Below, piece by piece: positions 49,575 to 58,453 of a stretch of DNA of 64,000 bases. Each line of letters starts with the position of its first letter. Position 1 is the first letter of the stretch. The translations under genes and the position numbers were made by a program. The notes under the pieces were generated by a model. It ran no database searches. It saw only the letters and a list, made by a program, of their open reading frames with translations, and was not told the origin of the DNA. Origin of the DNA: an uncultured Pelagibacteraceae bacterium (GTDB taxonomy: Bacteria > Pseudomonadota > Alphaproteobacteria > Pelagibacterales > Pelagibacteraceae); the NCBI GenBank assembly GCA_902581585.1, contig CACHPB010000002.1, positions 64,709-128,708 on the forward strand, in the 5' to 3' direction.

Positions 49575-50585
49575 TTATAGTGCTTTTTTTATTTTTGCAG
49601 CAGCTTCACTTGAAACCCACTTAGACCAAACATCTTCTTGGTTTGTTAGGAATTCAATTGCAGCATCAGCACCCTCTGCTTGGTTTTCACCCATCCAAAC
49701 TAACATACCGTTCATTACTGGACCTGGATAAGTTCTTTTTTTGAAATAATCCATACCAGCACTTCCAGCTGTATTTTTGAAATTGTCAGTTACGATTGTG
49801 TAAACTTCAGATTTTGTCCATGAAGTTGCTTTAGGGTCTCCACATTCTTGTTCTGGTAAAACTATACATTTATCCCAGTTATCTTTTCCACCCCAAGCTC
49901 CCATGTCCACAGCTCTCATATCATATTTACCAATGATAGCTGTTGGTGACCAATAGTAACCAAACCAGTTTTCACCTCTTTCAGCAGCTTTAGCAATTGA
50001 TCCATCTAATCCTGCAGCAGAACCTGTTTCAACAATAGCCCAACCTTTTGCTTCCATGTCAAAAGCTTTGTAAAGATTTCTATTACTTAGTTCACAGTTC
50101 CATCCTGGAGGACAAATATGAAACCCACCTTTTGATGGATCCTCTGGATGAGGAAATAGATCCGGTCTTGCCAAAATTGCTTCAGCAGTTGTAAGTTCAG
50201 GATGTTTTTCTAAAGTAGCAGGTAACACCCACCATCCTTCACCTAAACCAGTAATAGGTGCTTTATTAAGTGAGTGCATTCTTCCTTCATCAACTGCTTT
50301 ATTTAAAGCAATGATTGCAGCGTTAGCCCAAAATTCTGGGGCTACATCTGGTTCACCTTTTTCTTGCATAGATGCAAAAGTTGGCTGAGTTGCACCAGGC
50401 ACAAGCTCAACATTACATCCATAACCTTCTTCTAATATGATTTTGTCAACTTCAGCCATGAAGTTTGCAGAAGCCCAGTTCATATTAGCAATACTAATGT
50501 CTCCACATTTTGCATTAGCAACATTACCGAAAGATGTAACGCCTAAAACAAATAATGCAGAAAGTAAGATTCTTTTTAATTTCAT
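49575..50585 (-). CDS. ProX/OpuAC-family betaine-type substrate-binding protein
   Basis: Signal peptide, MNWASA, GYGC, PDVAPEFW, CPPGWNC, GYYWSPT. Confidence 0.85.
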   Translation of the reverse strand: MKLKRILLSALFVLGVTSFGNVANAKCGDISIANMNWASANFMAEVDKIILEEGYGCNVELVPGATQPTFASMQEKGEPDVAPEFWANAAIIALNKAVDEGRMHSLNKAPITGLGEGWWVLPATLEKHPELTTAEAILARPDLFPHPEDPSKGGFHICPPGWNCELSNRNLYKAFDMEAKGWAIVETGSAAGLDGSIAKAAERGENWFGYYWSPTAIIGKYDMRAVDMGAWGGKDNWDKCIVLPEQECGDPKATSWTKSEVYTIVTDNFKNTAGSAGMDYFKKRTYPGPVMNGMLVWMGENQAEGADAAIEFLTNQEDVWSKWVSSEAAAKIKKAL

Positions 50586-50718
50586 TATTATCTCCTAATT
50601 AATTAATTATAAATCATCAGAACATATAGATGGAAAAATTGCAAACTAGTTTCAACTTTGAGTTGTGTTAAAATTGTCTTTAAACTCTCTTTATTTAGAA
50701 ATAAATTATTAAATAAAT

Positions 50719-51759
50719 ATGAATAAAAATTTATTATCAAGATTAGATGAGGGTCCCGTTATATTCGCAGAGGGATATTTATTTGCGATGGAAAGGAGAG
50801 GATATCTTTCTGCAGGTCCATTTGTGCCAGAAGTAGTTTTAGAGCATCCAGATGTAGTTACACAATTACATAGAGAATTTATTAGAGCTGGTTCAGATAT
50901 TGTTCAAGCTTTCACCTATTATGGACATAGAGAGAAATTAAGAATTATTGGAAAAGAACATTTGCTAGAGCCGATGCAAAAAAATGCACTTAAAATTGCA
51001 AAGGATGCTGCGAAAGAATTTAAAGATTTAGACTTAATGGTTTGTGGAGATGTTGCTAATACAAATATTTTTGATCCAAAAGACAAAAACTCATTCAAAG
51101 AATGTCAAAAGATGTACGAAGAGCAAGTGCTTTGGGCAAAAGAGGCAGGAGTTGACTTTGTAGTTGCAGAAACAATTAATTGGGTAGATGAAATGAAGAT
51201 AGCTTTAAAAGCAATTAAGGATGAAGGTTTGATTGCAGTTGCCAATTATGCAATACCTCGTGGTGATTTGACAAGAGATGGCCACACTGCTGAAGATGCA
51301 TGTAAAATAATTGAAGATCTTGGTGCTGATGTTGTTGGTTTGAATTGTTACAGAGGTCCAGAAATGACCATGAAACTTTTAAAAAAAATAAGAAAAAAAG
51401 TTTCCTGTCATGTTGCAGGTCTTCCTGTTCCATATAGAACAACAGAGGAAGAACCAGGATTTTTGAATCAAACAGATCACGGATGTGACTGCATTCCTGG
51501 AGGAAATGCATTCCCTGTTGCTCTAGATAATTTATATTGTAACAGATTTGAAATGGCTGAATTTGCAAAAGAATGTCTTAAAGAAAAAATTAATTTAATC
51601 GGTATTTGTTGTGGTGCTGAAGCTCATCATGTTAGACAAATGGCTGTTGCAGTTGGTAAAAAACCAATTGCCATGAAGTACATGCCAGATATGACTAAAC
51701 ATTTTCACCATGGGACAGACAAGACATTGAAAGACGTCAATAAAGAAGTAAAATACTAA
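50719..51759 (+). CDS. bhmt: Betaine-homocysteine S-methyltransferase-like
   Basis: EGYLF..ERRGY..AG.F.PE, LHREF.RAGSD..QAFTYY, GLNC, GICCG zinc ligands. Confidence 0.85.
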   Translation: MNKNLLSRLDEGPVIFAEGYLFAMERRGYLSAGPFVPEVVLEHPDVVTQLHREFIRAGSDIVQAFTYYGHREKLRIIGKEHLLEPMQKNALKIAKDAAKEFKDLDLMVCGDVANTNIFDPKDKNSFKECQKMYEEQVLWAKEAGVDFVVAETINWVDEMKIALKAIKDEGLIAVANYAIPRGDLTRDGHTAEDACKIIEDLGADVVGLNCYRGPEMTMKLLKKIRKKVSCHVAGLPVPYRTTEEEPGFLNQTDHGCDCIPGGNAFPVALDNLYCNRFEMAEFAKECLKEKINLIGICCGAEAHHVRQMAVAVGKKPIAMKYMPDMTKHFHHGTDKTLKDVNKEVKY

Positions 51760-51760
51760 C

Positions 51761-54166
51761 ATGCAAAATCATGCAAAAGTAGTCATCATAGGTGGCGGCG
51801 TAGTAGGCTGTTCCATTCTTTATCATTTATCAAAGTTTGGTTTAAAAGATTGTATTCTTCTTGAAAGAAATGAACTCACATCTGGATCCTCTTGGCATGC
51901 AGCTGGAAATGTACATGTGATTTCATCTGACCCAAATATTTCTAGAATGATGGCTTATACAATCGGATTGTACAAAGAAATTGAAAAAGAGTCTGGCCAT
52001 TCAGTTGGATTCAAATCAAGTGGGGGATTTTATTTGGCTTCAAATGATGTTTGGGCGGATTATTTAAAAAGAGAGAGGTCTAAAGCAAGATATATGGGTC
52101 TTGACCAAGAGTTTGTTTCTTTAGAGGAAGTAAAAAAGAAAAATCCTTTAATTGATCCATCAAGATACCTTCTAGCATTGTGGGATCCAATTGATGGGGA
52201 AGTAGACCCATCAGGTGTGACTTATGCTTTTGCTAAAGCAGCAAAAGTTCATGGTGGAAAATATTATACACATACAGTTGTAAAAGACACAAAACAAAAA
52301 GAGGATGGAAGTTGGGATGTGATAACTGACAAGGGCAATATAAAAGCTGAAATAGTTATTAACGCTGGAGGTTTATGGGCAAGAGAAGTTGGACAGCTTG
52401 CAGGAATTAATCTACCAGTTCAACCAATGGAGCATCACTACTTAATCACTGAAGCTATTCCAGAAATTGAAGCAATGGGTGATCAAAGAATTCCTATTGG
52501 AACTGATTTTGAAGGTAACATTTATTTTAGACAAGAAGGAAAAGGAATGCTTCTTGGAACTTATGAACCAAAATCAACACCATGGAAGGTTAAAGGAACA
52601 CCTATGAATTTTGGTCATGAGTTATTAGAACCAAAACTAGATAATATTCAAGATAGATTAGCAATAGGTTTTGAAAGAATGCCAGCGTTAGAAAAGGCAG
52701 GAATTAAAAATATTGTAAATGGGCCTTTTACTTTTGGACCTGATGGATCACCATTAATTGGACCTGTTCCCGGAATGAAAAATTATTGGGTAGCAGTGGG
52801 TGTAATGGCTGGTTTTTGTCAAGGAGGAGGAGTTGGAAAATGTATTGCTGAATGGATAATTGACGGAGAACCATCAATAGATGTTTGGGCAATGGATGTT
52901 GCAAGATTTGGAGATTATGCATCACCTCAATACGGAACAATTAAATCTTCTGAAAATTATGAACGAAGATTTATTATGACATTTCCAAATGAAACTTTAC
53001 CAAAAGGAAGAAAACAAAAAACAACAGCTCTTTATGATCGGTTTGTAGAACAAGGAGCGGTTATGGGAGACAGCTTTGGTTTAGAAAATGTTTTGTGGTT
53101 TGCAAATGATAAAAAAGATGCATACGAAGAGCCAACTATAAAAAGATCTAGATCGCATAATTATGTCTCCAAAGAAGTTATTAATGTAAGAGAAAATGTT
53201 GGTTTTATTGAAGTTGCTAATTTTTCAAAACATCAATTTAAAGGAAAAGATGCAAGAAAATTTTTAGATCATATTATGGCAGGTAAGCTTCCAAATCCTG
53301 GAAGAATATCGTTATCTCCAATGTTATCTTATAGAGGAAAATTATGTGGCGATCTTACAGTTTCATGCCTTGATGAAAACGAATTTATGGTTTTTGGTTC
53401 AGGTGCAGCTCAAGAAATGCATAGACGTTGGTTTGAAAGCCATTTAGATAAATTTAATGTTGAATATAAAAATAGATCAGATGAATTTCATGGAATATCT
53501 ATAGCAGGACCTAATTCGAGAAAAGTTTTAGAAAAAATAGTTAGAGACGATGTATCTAATGAAAAATTTAGATTTAGAGACTCAAGAAGAATGTTTGTTG
53601 GAGGTGTTCCAGCAATTATAAACCGAATTTCATTCACGGGTGAACTTGGTTATGAAATATATGTTGCGCCACATTTCCAAATTAAACTTTATGAGGAGTT
53701 AATGGAGGCGGGAAAAGAATTTGGTATTAAACCTTTTGGTGGAAGAGCTTTAATGTCTATGAGACTAGAGAAAAATTGGGGTGCGTGGACTTTAGACTAT
53801 CGACCTGATTTTACTGCTAAAGAAACTGGATTAGAAAGTTTCATTAATTGGAACAAAGAATTTATTGGTAAAGAAAAAGCTAAACAAGACAATAGCTCGA
53901 ATAGATTAGTTCCTTTAATAATTCAAACAAACGACATAGATGTCACAAACAATGAAGCAGTAATGAAGGGAGATAATAGCATTGGGTATATAACTTCAGG
54001 TGGATTTGCTCATTTTGTAAATAAAAGTGTTGCTTTTTCATATCTAGATCAAAAAAATTTATCATCTGAAGATGGAATACAAGTAGAAATTAATGGTGAT
54101 TTATTCAATTGTTCAATTATCAAAGAAGCACTTTATGATCCAAGTGGAGAAAAAATGAGAGGGTAA
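51761..54166 (+). CDS. Dimethylglycine/sarcosine dehydrogenase family (DAO + GcvT)
   Basis: IGGGVVG, TSGSSWHAAG, NGPFTFGPDG, RISFTGELGYE. Confidence 0.88.
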   Translation: MQNHAKVVIIGGGVVGCSILYHLSKFGLKDCILLERNELTSGSSWHAAGNVHVISSDPNISRMMAYTIGLYKEIEKESGHSVGFKSSGGFYLASNDVWADYLKRERSKARYMGLDQEFVSLEEVKKKNPLIDPSRYLLALWDPIDGEVDPSGVTYAFAKAAKVHGGKYYTHTVVKDTKQKEDGSWDVITDKGNIKAEIVINAGGLWAREVGQLAGINLPVQPMEHHYLITEAIPEIEAMGDQRIPIGTDFEGNIYFRQEGKGMLLGTYEPKSTPWKVKGTPMNFGHELLEPKLDNIQDRLAIGFERMPALEKAGIKNIVNGPFTFGPDGSPLIGPVPGMKNYWVAVGVMAGFCQGGGVGKCIAEWIIDGEPSIDVWAMDVARFGDYASPQYGTIKSSENYERRFIMTFPNETLPKGRKQKTTALYDRFVEQGAVMGDSFGLENVLWFANDKKDAYEEPTIKRSRSHNYVSKEVINVRENVGFIEVANFSKHQFKGKDARKFLDHIMAGKLPNPGRISLSPMLSYRGKLCGDLTVSCLDENEFMVFGSGAAQEMHRRWFESHLDKFNVEYKNRSDEFHGISIAGPNSRKVLEKIVRDDVSNEKFRFRDSRRMFVGGVPAIINRISFTGELGYEIYVAPHFQIKLYEELMEAGKEFGIKPFGGRALMSMRLEKNWGAWTLDYRPDFTAKETGLESFINWNKEFIGKEKAKQDNSSNRLVPLIIQTNDIDVTNNEAVMKGDNSIGYITSGGFAHFVNKSVAFSYLDQKNLSSEDGIQVEINGDLFNCSIIKEALYDPSGEKMRG

Positions 54167-54795
54167 TGGCCCAAAAAGATGTAGGTAACAAAGTTCCAAT
54201 TTATAAACTAAAAGAAACAAAAGAGGTGATGGATTTTTATGACGAATGGGGTTTGGATAATAAATATGATAAAGATATGGTTGAATGGAATTATACTGGC
54301 CCAAAGGAAACAGCAGAAGTTTTCAATAAACATCAAAAAGAAAAAGATATTAATATTTATGATGCTGGATGTGGAACTGGATTGGTTGGTGTAGAATTGA
54401 AAAAGTATGGTTTCACTAATTTTTTTGGTGCCGATCTATCCCAAAAACTTTTAGATTTGGTTCCAAATAACCTTTATAAAAAATTAGATAAAGTAGATTT
54501 AAATAAACCAATCAAGGAAAAGGATGATCAATATGATGCTTTAATGTGTGTGGGCACATTTACTTTTGGACATGTAAAACCACCTGCATTAGATGAGTTT
54601 ATTAGAATTACTAAAAATAAAGGTCTAATTTGTTTCACTATTAACGAGGGAATATATGAGGAATATGGATTTGATAAAAAAATCAAACAATTAAAAAATG
54701 AAAATAAATGGAAAGAAATAGAGTTTTTTAAATCTGATTATATTGCTAGTAAAGATGTAAATGCATGGCTTGGTCTATATGAAGTGACAAAATAA
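54166..54795 (+). CDS. Class I SAM-dependent methyltransferase (METTL27/WBSCR27-like)
   Basis: FYDEW...YD, DAGCGTGLVG, GADLS, VGTFT.GHV. Confidence 0.8.
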   Translation: MAQKDVGNKVPIYKLKETKEVMDFYDEWGLDNKYDKDMVEWNYTGPKETAEVFNKHQKEKDINIYDAGCGTGLVGVELKKYGFTNFFGADLSQKLLDLVPNNLYKKLDKVDLNKPIKEKDDQYDALMCVGTFTFGHVKPPALDEFIRITKNKGLICFTINEGIYEEYGFDKKIKQLKNENKWKEIEFFKSDYIASKDVNAWLGLYEVTK

Positions 54796-54796
54796 A

Positions 54797-55972
54797 ATGT
54801 CAGCAATTTATAAAATTATAGATAAAAAAAAATTAGATATAGTTAAGAAACCAATTTCAAAAGCACATGGACTCCCCAACGAATGTTATACAAGTAAAGA
54901 TTACACTTTAATAGAACGAGAGAAAATATTTGAAAATAAATGGACCGTAATAGGAGTTGCAAGTTCTTTGCCAAATATTGGAGATGTAAAACCATTTAAC
55001 TTGTTAGGACTGCCATTATTTTTAGTAAGGAATAAAAAAAATCAGATAAAAGTTTTTCATAACGTCTGTAGTCATAGAGGAGTAAAGTTAGTAAACAAAA
55101 AAGGTAATATTAGAAATGTTATTAGATGTCCTTATCATTCATGGTCATACACATCAGATGGAAAGCTAATTGCAACACCTCATATAGGTGGGATGAACCA
55201 ACATAGTAGCCCAAAATTTAAAAAAAATAAAAACAATTTAAAAGAAATAAGATCATGTGTTTGGTTAGATTTAATTTTTATTAATATTAGTAACAACGAA
55301 ATTCCATTTGAAAAATATATTAAACCCTTAAGTGATAGGTGGGCTAAATTTTGGAAAAAAAAAGATAGAAAATTAATTAATCATGCAAATGATTTTGGTT
55401 ATTTTAAAATAAATGCAAAATGTAATTGGAAATTTGCAATTGAAAATTATTGTGAAAGTTATCATTTGCCATGGGTTCATCCAGGTTTAAATTCTTATTC
55501 AAAAATTGAAGATCACTATCATATTCAAGGATTACCAAACCGCTTTGCAGGCCAAGGCACAGTTGTTTACAATCCAAAATTTAAAGGTAAGAAAAAATTT
55601 CCTTGCTTTCCTAACTGGCCCAAAGAAAAAGAAAATATTGCAGAGTATGTAGCTTTGTTTCCAAATGTTATGTTAGGTATACATAAAGATCATTTCTACG
55701 CATATTGGTTAGAACCCATTAGTCATAAAAAAACTTTAGAGCACATGGAAATATATTATGTAGGTGAAAAAGCCGCAAAATCATTAGAATTTAAATCATT
55801 AAGAAAACAAAATCATAAATTGTGGGAAGATATTCAAAAAGAAGATGTTGGTATAATTCAAAGAATGCAATTAGGCCGCAACTCACATGCATATAATGGT
55901 GGAAATTTTTCTCCTGATATGGATAATCCAACACATCAATTTCACAAGTGGGTGGCAACTCACATTGTGTAG
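54797..55972 (+). CDS. Rieske non-heme iron oxygenase alpha subunit (choline-monooxygenase-like)
   Basis: NVCSHRG...CPYHSW Rieske motif, NWK...ENYCESYH....H, ED...Q.G. Confidence 0.88.
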   Translation: MSAIYKIIDKKKLDIVKKPISKAHGLPNECYTSKDYTLIEREKIFENKWTVIGVASSLPNIGDVKPFNLLGLPLFLVRNKKNQIKVFHNVCSHRGVKLVNKKGNIRNVIRCPYHSWSYTSDGKLIATPHIGGMNQHSSPKFKKNKNNLKEIRSCVWLDLIFINISNNEIPFEKYIKPLSDRWAKFWKKKDRKLINHANDFGYFKINAKCNWKFAIENYCESYHLPWVHPGLNSYSKIEDHYHIQGLPNRFAGQGTVVYNPKFKGKKKFPCFPNWPKEKENIAEYVALFPNVMLGIHKDHFYAYWLEPISHKKTLEHMEIYYVGEKAAKSLEFKSLRKQNHKLWEDIQKEDVGIIQRMQLGRNSHAYNGGNFSPDMDNPTHQFHKWVATHIV

Positions 55973-55986
55973 AAAGTGCGAAATAT

Positions 55987-56427
55987 ATGTACAGACCTTT
56001 ACCAGATGCATTAACAATAAAAAGTTCACCAATCGAAGGTTTGGGATTATTCGCAACCAAAGAAATTAAAGCTAATACTTTTATCGGAATTACTCACATA
56101 AGAGATGAGCAGTTTGAAAATAAATATATAAGAACTCCATTAGGTGGTTTTTATAATCATTCTGACAATCCTACAGTTCAAAGAATGGTATCAAATATTT
56201 TACCTACATTAAAATTTGGTGATCCAATTGATCCTACCGCAAAAGCAAAAAAATTTAACGAAAATGATGATAATTTAGAAAACATGTATTATAATTTAAG
56301 AGAGAAACCAGACGCAAAATATTTTTTTATGGTTTCAATAAAAGATTTGAAACCAGGAGATGAGCTTTGTGCAAATTATAATTTATACACCTATCCAAAA
56401 ACAGGAGTTGGTGTACAGATGTTATAG
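55987..56427 (+). CDS. SET-domain protein
   Basis: S.IEGLGLFATKEI, FYNHSDNP, KDLKPGDEL.ANY. Start moved to MYRPLP. Confidence 0.8.
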   Translation: MYRPLPDALTIKSSPIEGLGLFATKEIKANTFIGITHIRDEQFENKYIRTPLGGFYNHSDNPTVQRMVSNILPTLKFGDPIDPTAKAKKFNENDDNLENMYYNLREKPDAKYFFMVSIKDLKPGDELCANYNLYTYPKTGVGVQML

Positions 56428-56429
56428 AG

Positions 56430-57665
56430 ATGAAGTTTAACAGAAAAATTCTTTCAGAAAACCAACCAATTAAGAAATATATTTCAAAAAAAAGATTAAG
56501 AGAAGATGAAATAGATTTTGACGAACTTAGATCTTATAGACTTGACAGATTAAGAAATGAATTAAAGAAAAATAATATAGAGGCATGTATTTTATTTGAT
56601 CCAGTAAATGTAAGGTATGCATTAGATACTGTGAATATGAGTGTTTATAATATGCATAATCTTACAAGATATTGTTTTATCTCTGTTGATGGTCCAACAA
56701 TATTATATGAATATTTTAACTGTGAAATATTATCTAAAGGTCTCAATTTAATAGATGAAATAAGACCAGCAATTACTTGGGATTATTTTAGCAATGGTGA
56801 CCAATCAGAGTTGCAACTTAAAAAATGGGTCAATGAAGTAAATGATTTATCTAACTCTTATTTTAAAAGTAAAAAAATCGCAATTGATGTAATCAATGGT
56901 CCAGCCGTAAATGAGCTTAATAAAAAAGGAATTCAAGTTTTAGAAGCGAAAAAAATACTTGAACAGGCTAGAGTTATTAAATCGTCTGAAGAAATTAAAT
57001 GCATGCGAGCAGCTTTAGATGTTGCTGATATTGGAATAATTAAAATGAGAGATTATTTGAAATCAGGAATTACTGAAGATGAGTTATGGTCGATTTTACA
57101 TAAAACGAACATTGAAAATGGTGGAGAGTGGATAGAGTGTAGAATATTATCTTCAGGCTCTAGAACCAATCCTTGGATGCAAGAAAGTAGTAATAAGATT
57201 ATTCAAGATGGTGAGATCGTATCCTTTGATACAGATATGGTAGGCCCTTATGGATATTGTGCAGATATTTCTAGAGCTTTTGTTTGTGGAAATAAATTTA
57301 ATGAACATCAAAAAAAAATTTATTCAACAGCAGTTGAGCAGATTGACTATAATTCAAGATTAATTAAAGATGGAGTATCATTTAGAGAATTTACTGAAAA
57401 GGCATGGATACTTCCTGAAAAATATTACGGAAATAGATATTCAGTCATGCTTCATGGAATAGGTTTATGTGATGAGTGGCCAGCAATTAGATATCCGACT
57501 GATGGTGGAGAAAGAAGCGGTATATTTCAAAAAAATATGACAATTACCCTAGAAAGTTATATCGGCGAAGTTGGAGGTCATGAGGGAGTGAAATTAGAAC
57601 AACAATATTTAGTTGGCGAAAATGGATTAGAATTAATGTCTCATCATCCTTTAGAACAAATTTAA
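56430..57665 (+). CDS. dddP: M24-fold DddP-like DMSP lyase
   Basis: FDP.NVRYA.D..NM, GGEWIE.R.LSSG.RTNPW.QE, FDTD, DISR, HGIGLCDEWP, KLE.Q. Confidence 0.72.
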   Translation: MKFNRKILSENQPIKKYISKKRLREDEIDFDELRSYRLDRLRNELKKNNIEACILFDPVNVRYALDTVNMSVYNMHNLTRYCFISVDGPTILYEYFNCEILSKGLNLIDEIRPAITWDYFSNGDQSELQLKKWVNEVNDLSNSYFKSKKIAIDVINGPAVNELNKKGIQVLEAKKILEQARVIKSSEEIKCMRAALDVADIGIIKMRDYLKSGITEDELWSILHKTNIENGGEWIECRILSSGSRTNPWMQESSNKIIQDGEIVSFDTDMVGPYGYCADISRAFVCGNKFNEHQKKIYSTAVEQIDYNSRLIKDGVSFREFTEKAWILPEKYYGNRYSVMLHGIGLCDEWPAIRYPTDGGERSGIFQKNMTITLESYIGEVGGHEGVKLEQQYLVGENGLELMSHHPLEQI

Positions 57666-58072
57666 TGAAAATAGTTTTAATTATGGGTTTGCCTGGGGCT
57701 GGCAAAACAACATTGGCAGAAGAACTTGCTCCAAAACTGAATGCAAAAAGATTAAATGCTGACGAAGTTAGAAAAGAAGCAAATGATTGGGATTTTTCTG
57801 AGGAGGGTAGAAAAAGACAAGCTAAAAGAATGGCAGACTTTGCTTTAAAGCTGAAAAATCAAGGAAATTATGTTGTGGCAGATTTTATTTGCCCAACTCC
57901 AGAAGCAAGAAGTTTATTCCCTGCAGATTTTGTTATTTGGGTAGACACGATTAAAGAAGGAAGGTTTGACGATACTAATCAAATGTTTGTCAAACCAGAA
58001 AAATATGATTTTCATGTAACTACTCAAGATGCTAAGTTTTGGGTGGATAAAATAATAAAGGAGATATCATAA
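57665..58072 (+). CDS. Short APS-kinase (CysC)-like P-loop kinase
   Basis: MGLPGAGKTT, NADEVR, DFSEEGR.RQA.R, ADFICP. 135 aa. Confidence 0.7.
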   Translation: MKIVLIMGLPGAGKTTLAEELAPKLNAKRLNADEVRKEANDWDFSEEGRKRQAKRMADFALKLKNQGNYVVADFICPTPEARSLFPADFVIWVDTIKEGRFDDTNQMFVKPEKYDFHVTTQDAKFWVDKIIKEIS

Positions 58073-58446
58073 TGAGTTATGAATGGGATAATAAAAAACC
58101 AACAGCACAAATGCTTGGAAGATGGCAGCCATTTCATGAGGGTCACTATACTTTATTTAAAGAGATCATCAAAAAGACCGGTCAAGTGTGTATTCAAATA
58201 AGAGACGTTCAAGGAGTTGATGACAATCCATTCGACTTTGAAACGGTAAAAAAAAATATTGAAAATAAATTAAATCCTGAATTTGAAGGAAGATTTAAAA
58301 TAATGATGGTGCCAAATATTACAAATATTTGTTACGGGAGAGGAGTTGGTTACAAAATTGAAGAGATAGTATTGTCTGAAGAAATACAAAAAATTTCTGC
58401 CACAAAAATTAGAGCTAAAATGCGTGAAGATGGTGAGTTAAAATAA
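58072..58446 (+). CDS. HxGH-superfamily nucleotidyltransferase
   Basis: GRWQPFHEGH and ISATKIR. Confidence 0.78.
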   Translation: MSYEWDNKKPTAQMLGRWQPFHEGHYTLFKEIIKKTGQVCIQIRDVQGVDDNPFDFETVKKNIENKLNPEFEGRFKIMMVPNITNICYGRGVGYKIEEIVLSEEIQKISATKIRAKMREDGELK

Positions 58447-58453
58447 CTTCAAT

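Noticed and set aside
55987-58446. Prophage or mobile island around the phage-style genes
   Set aside because: No integrase, structural genes, att-like repeats or tRNA. The genes are coupled into a host operon.
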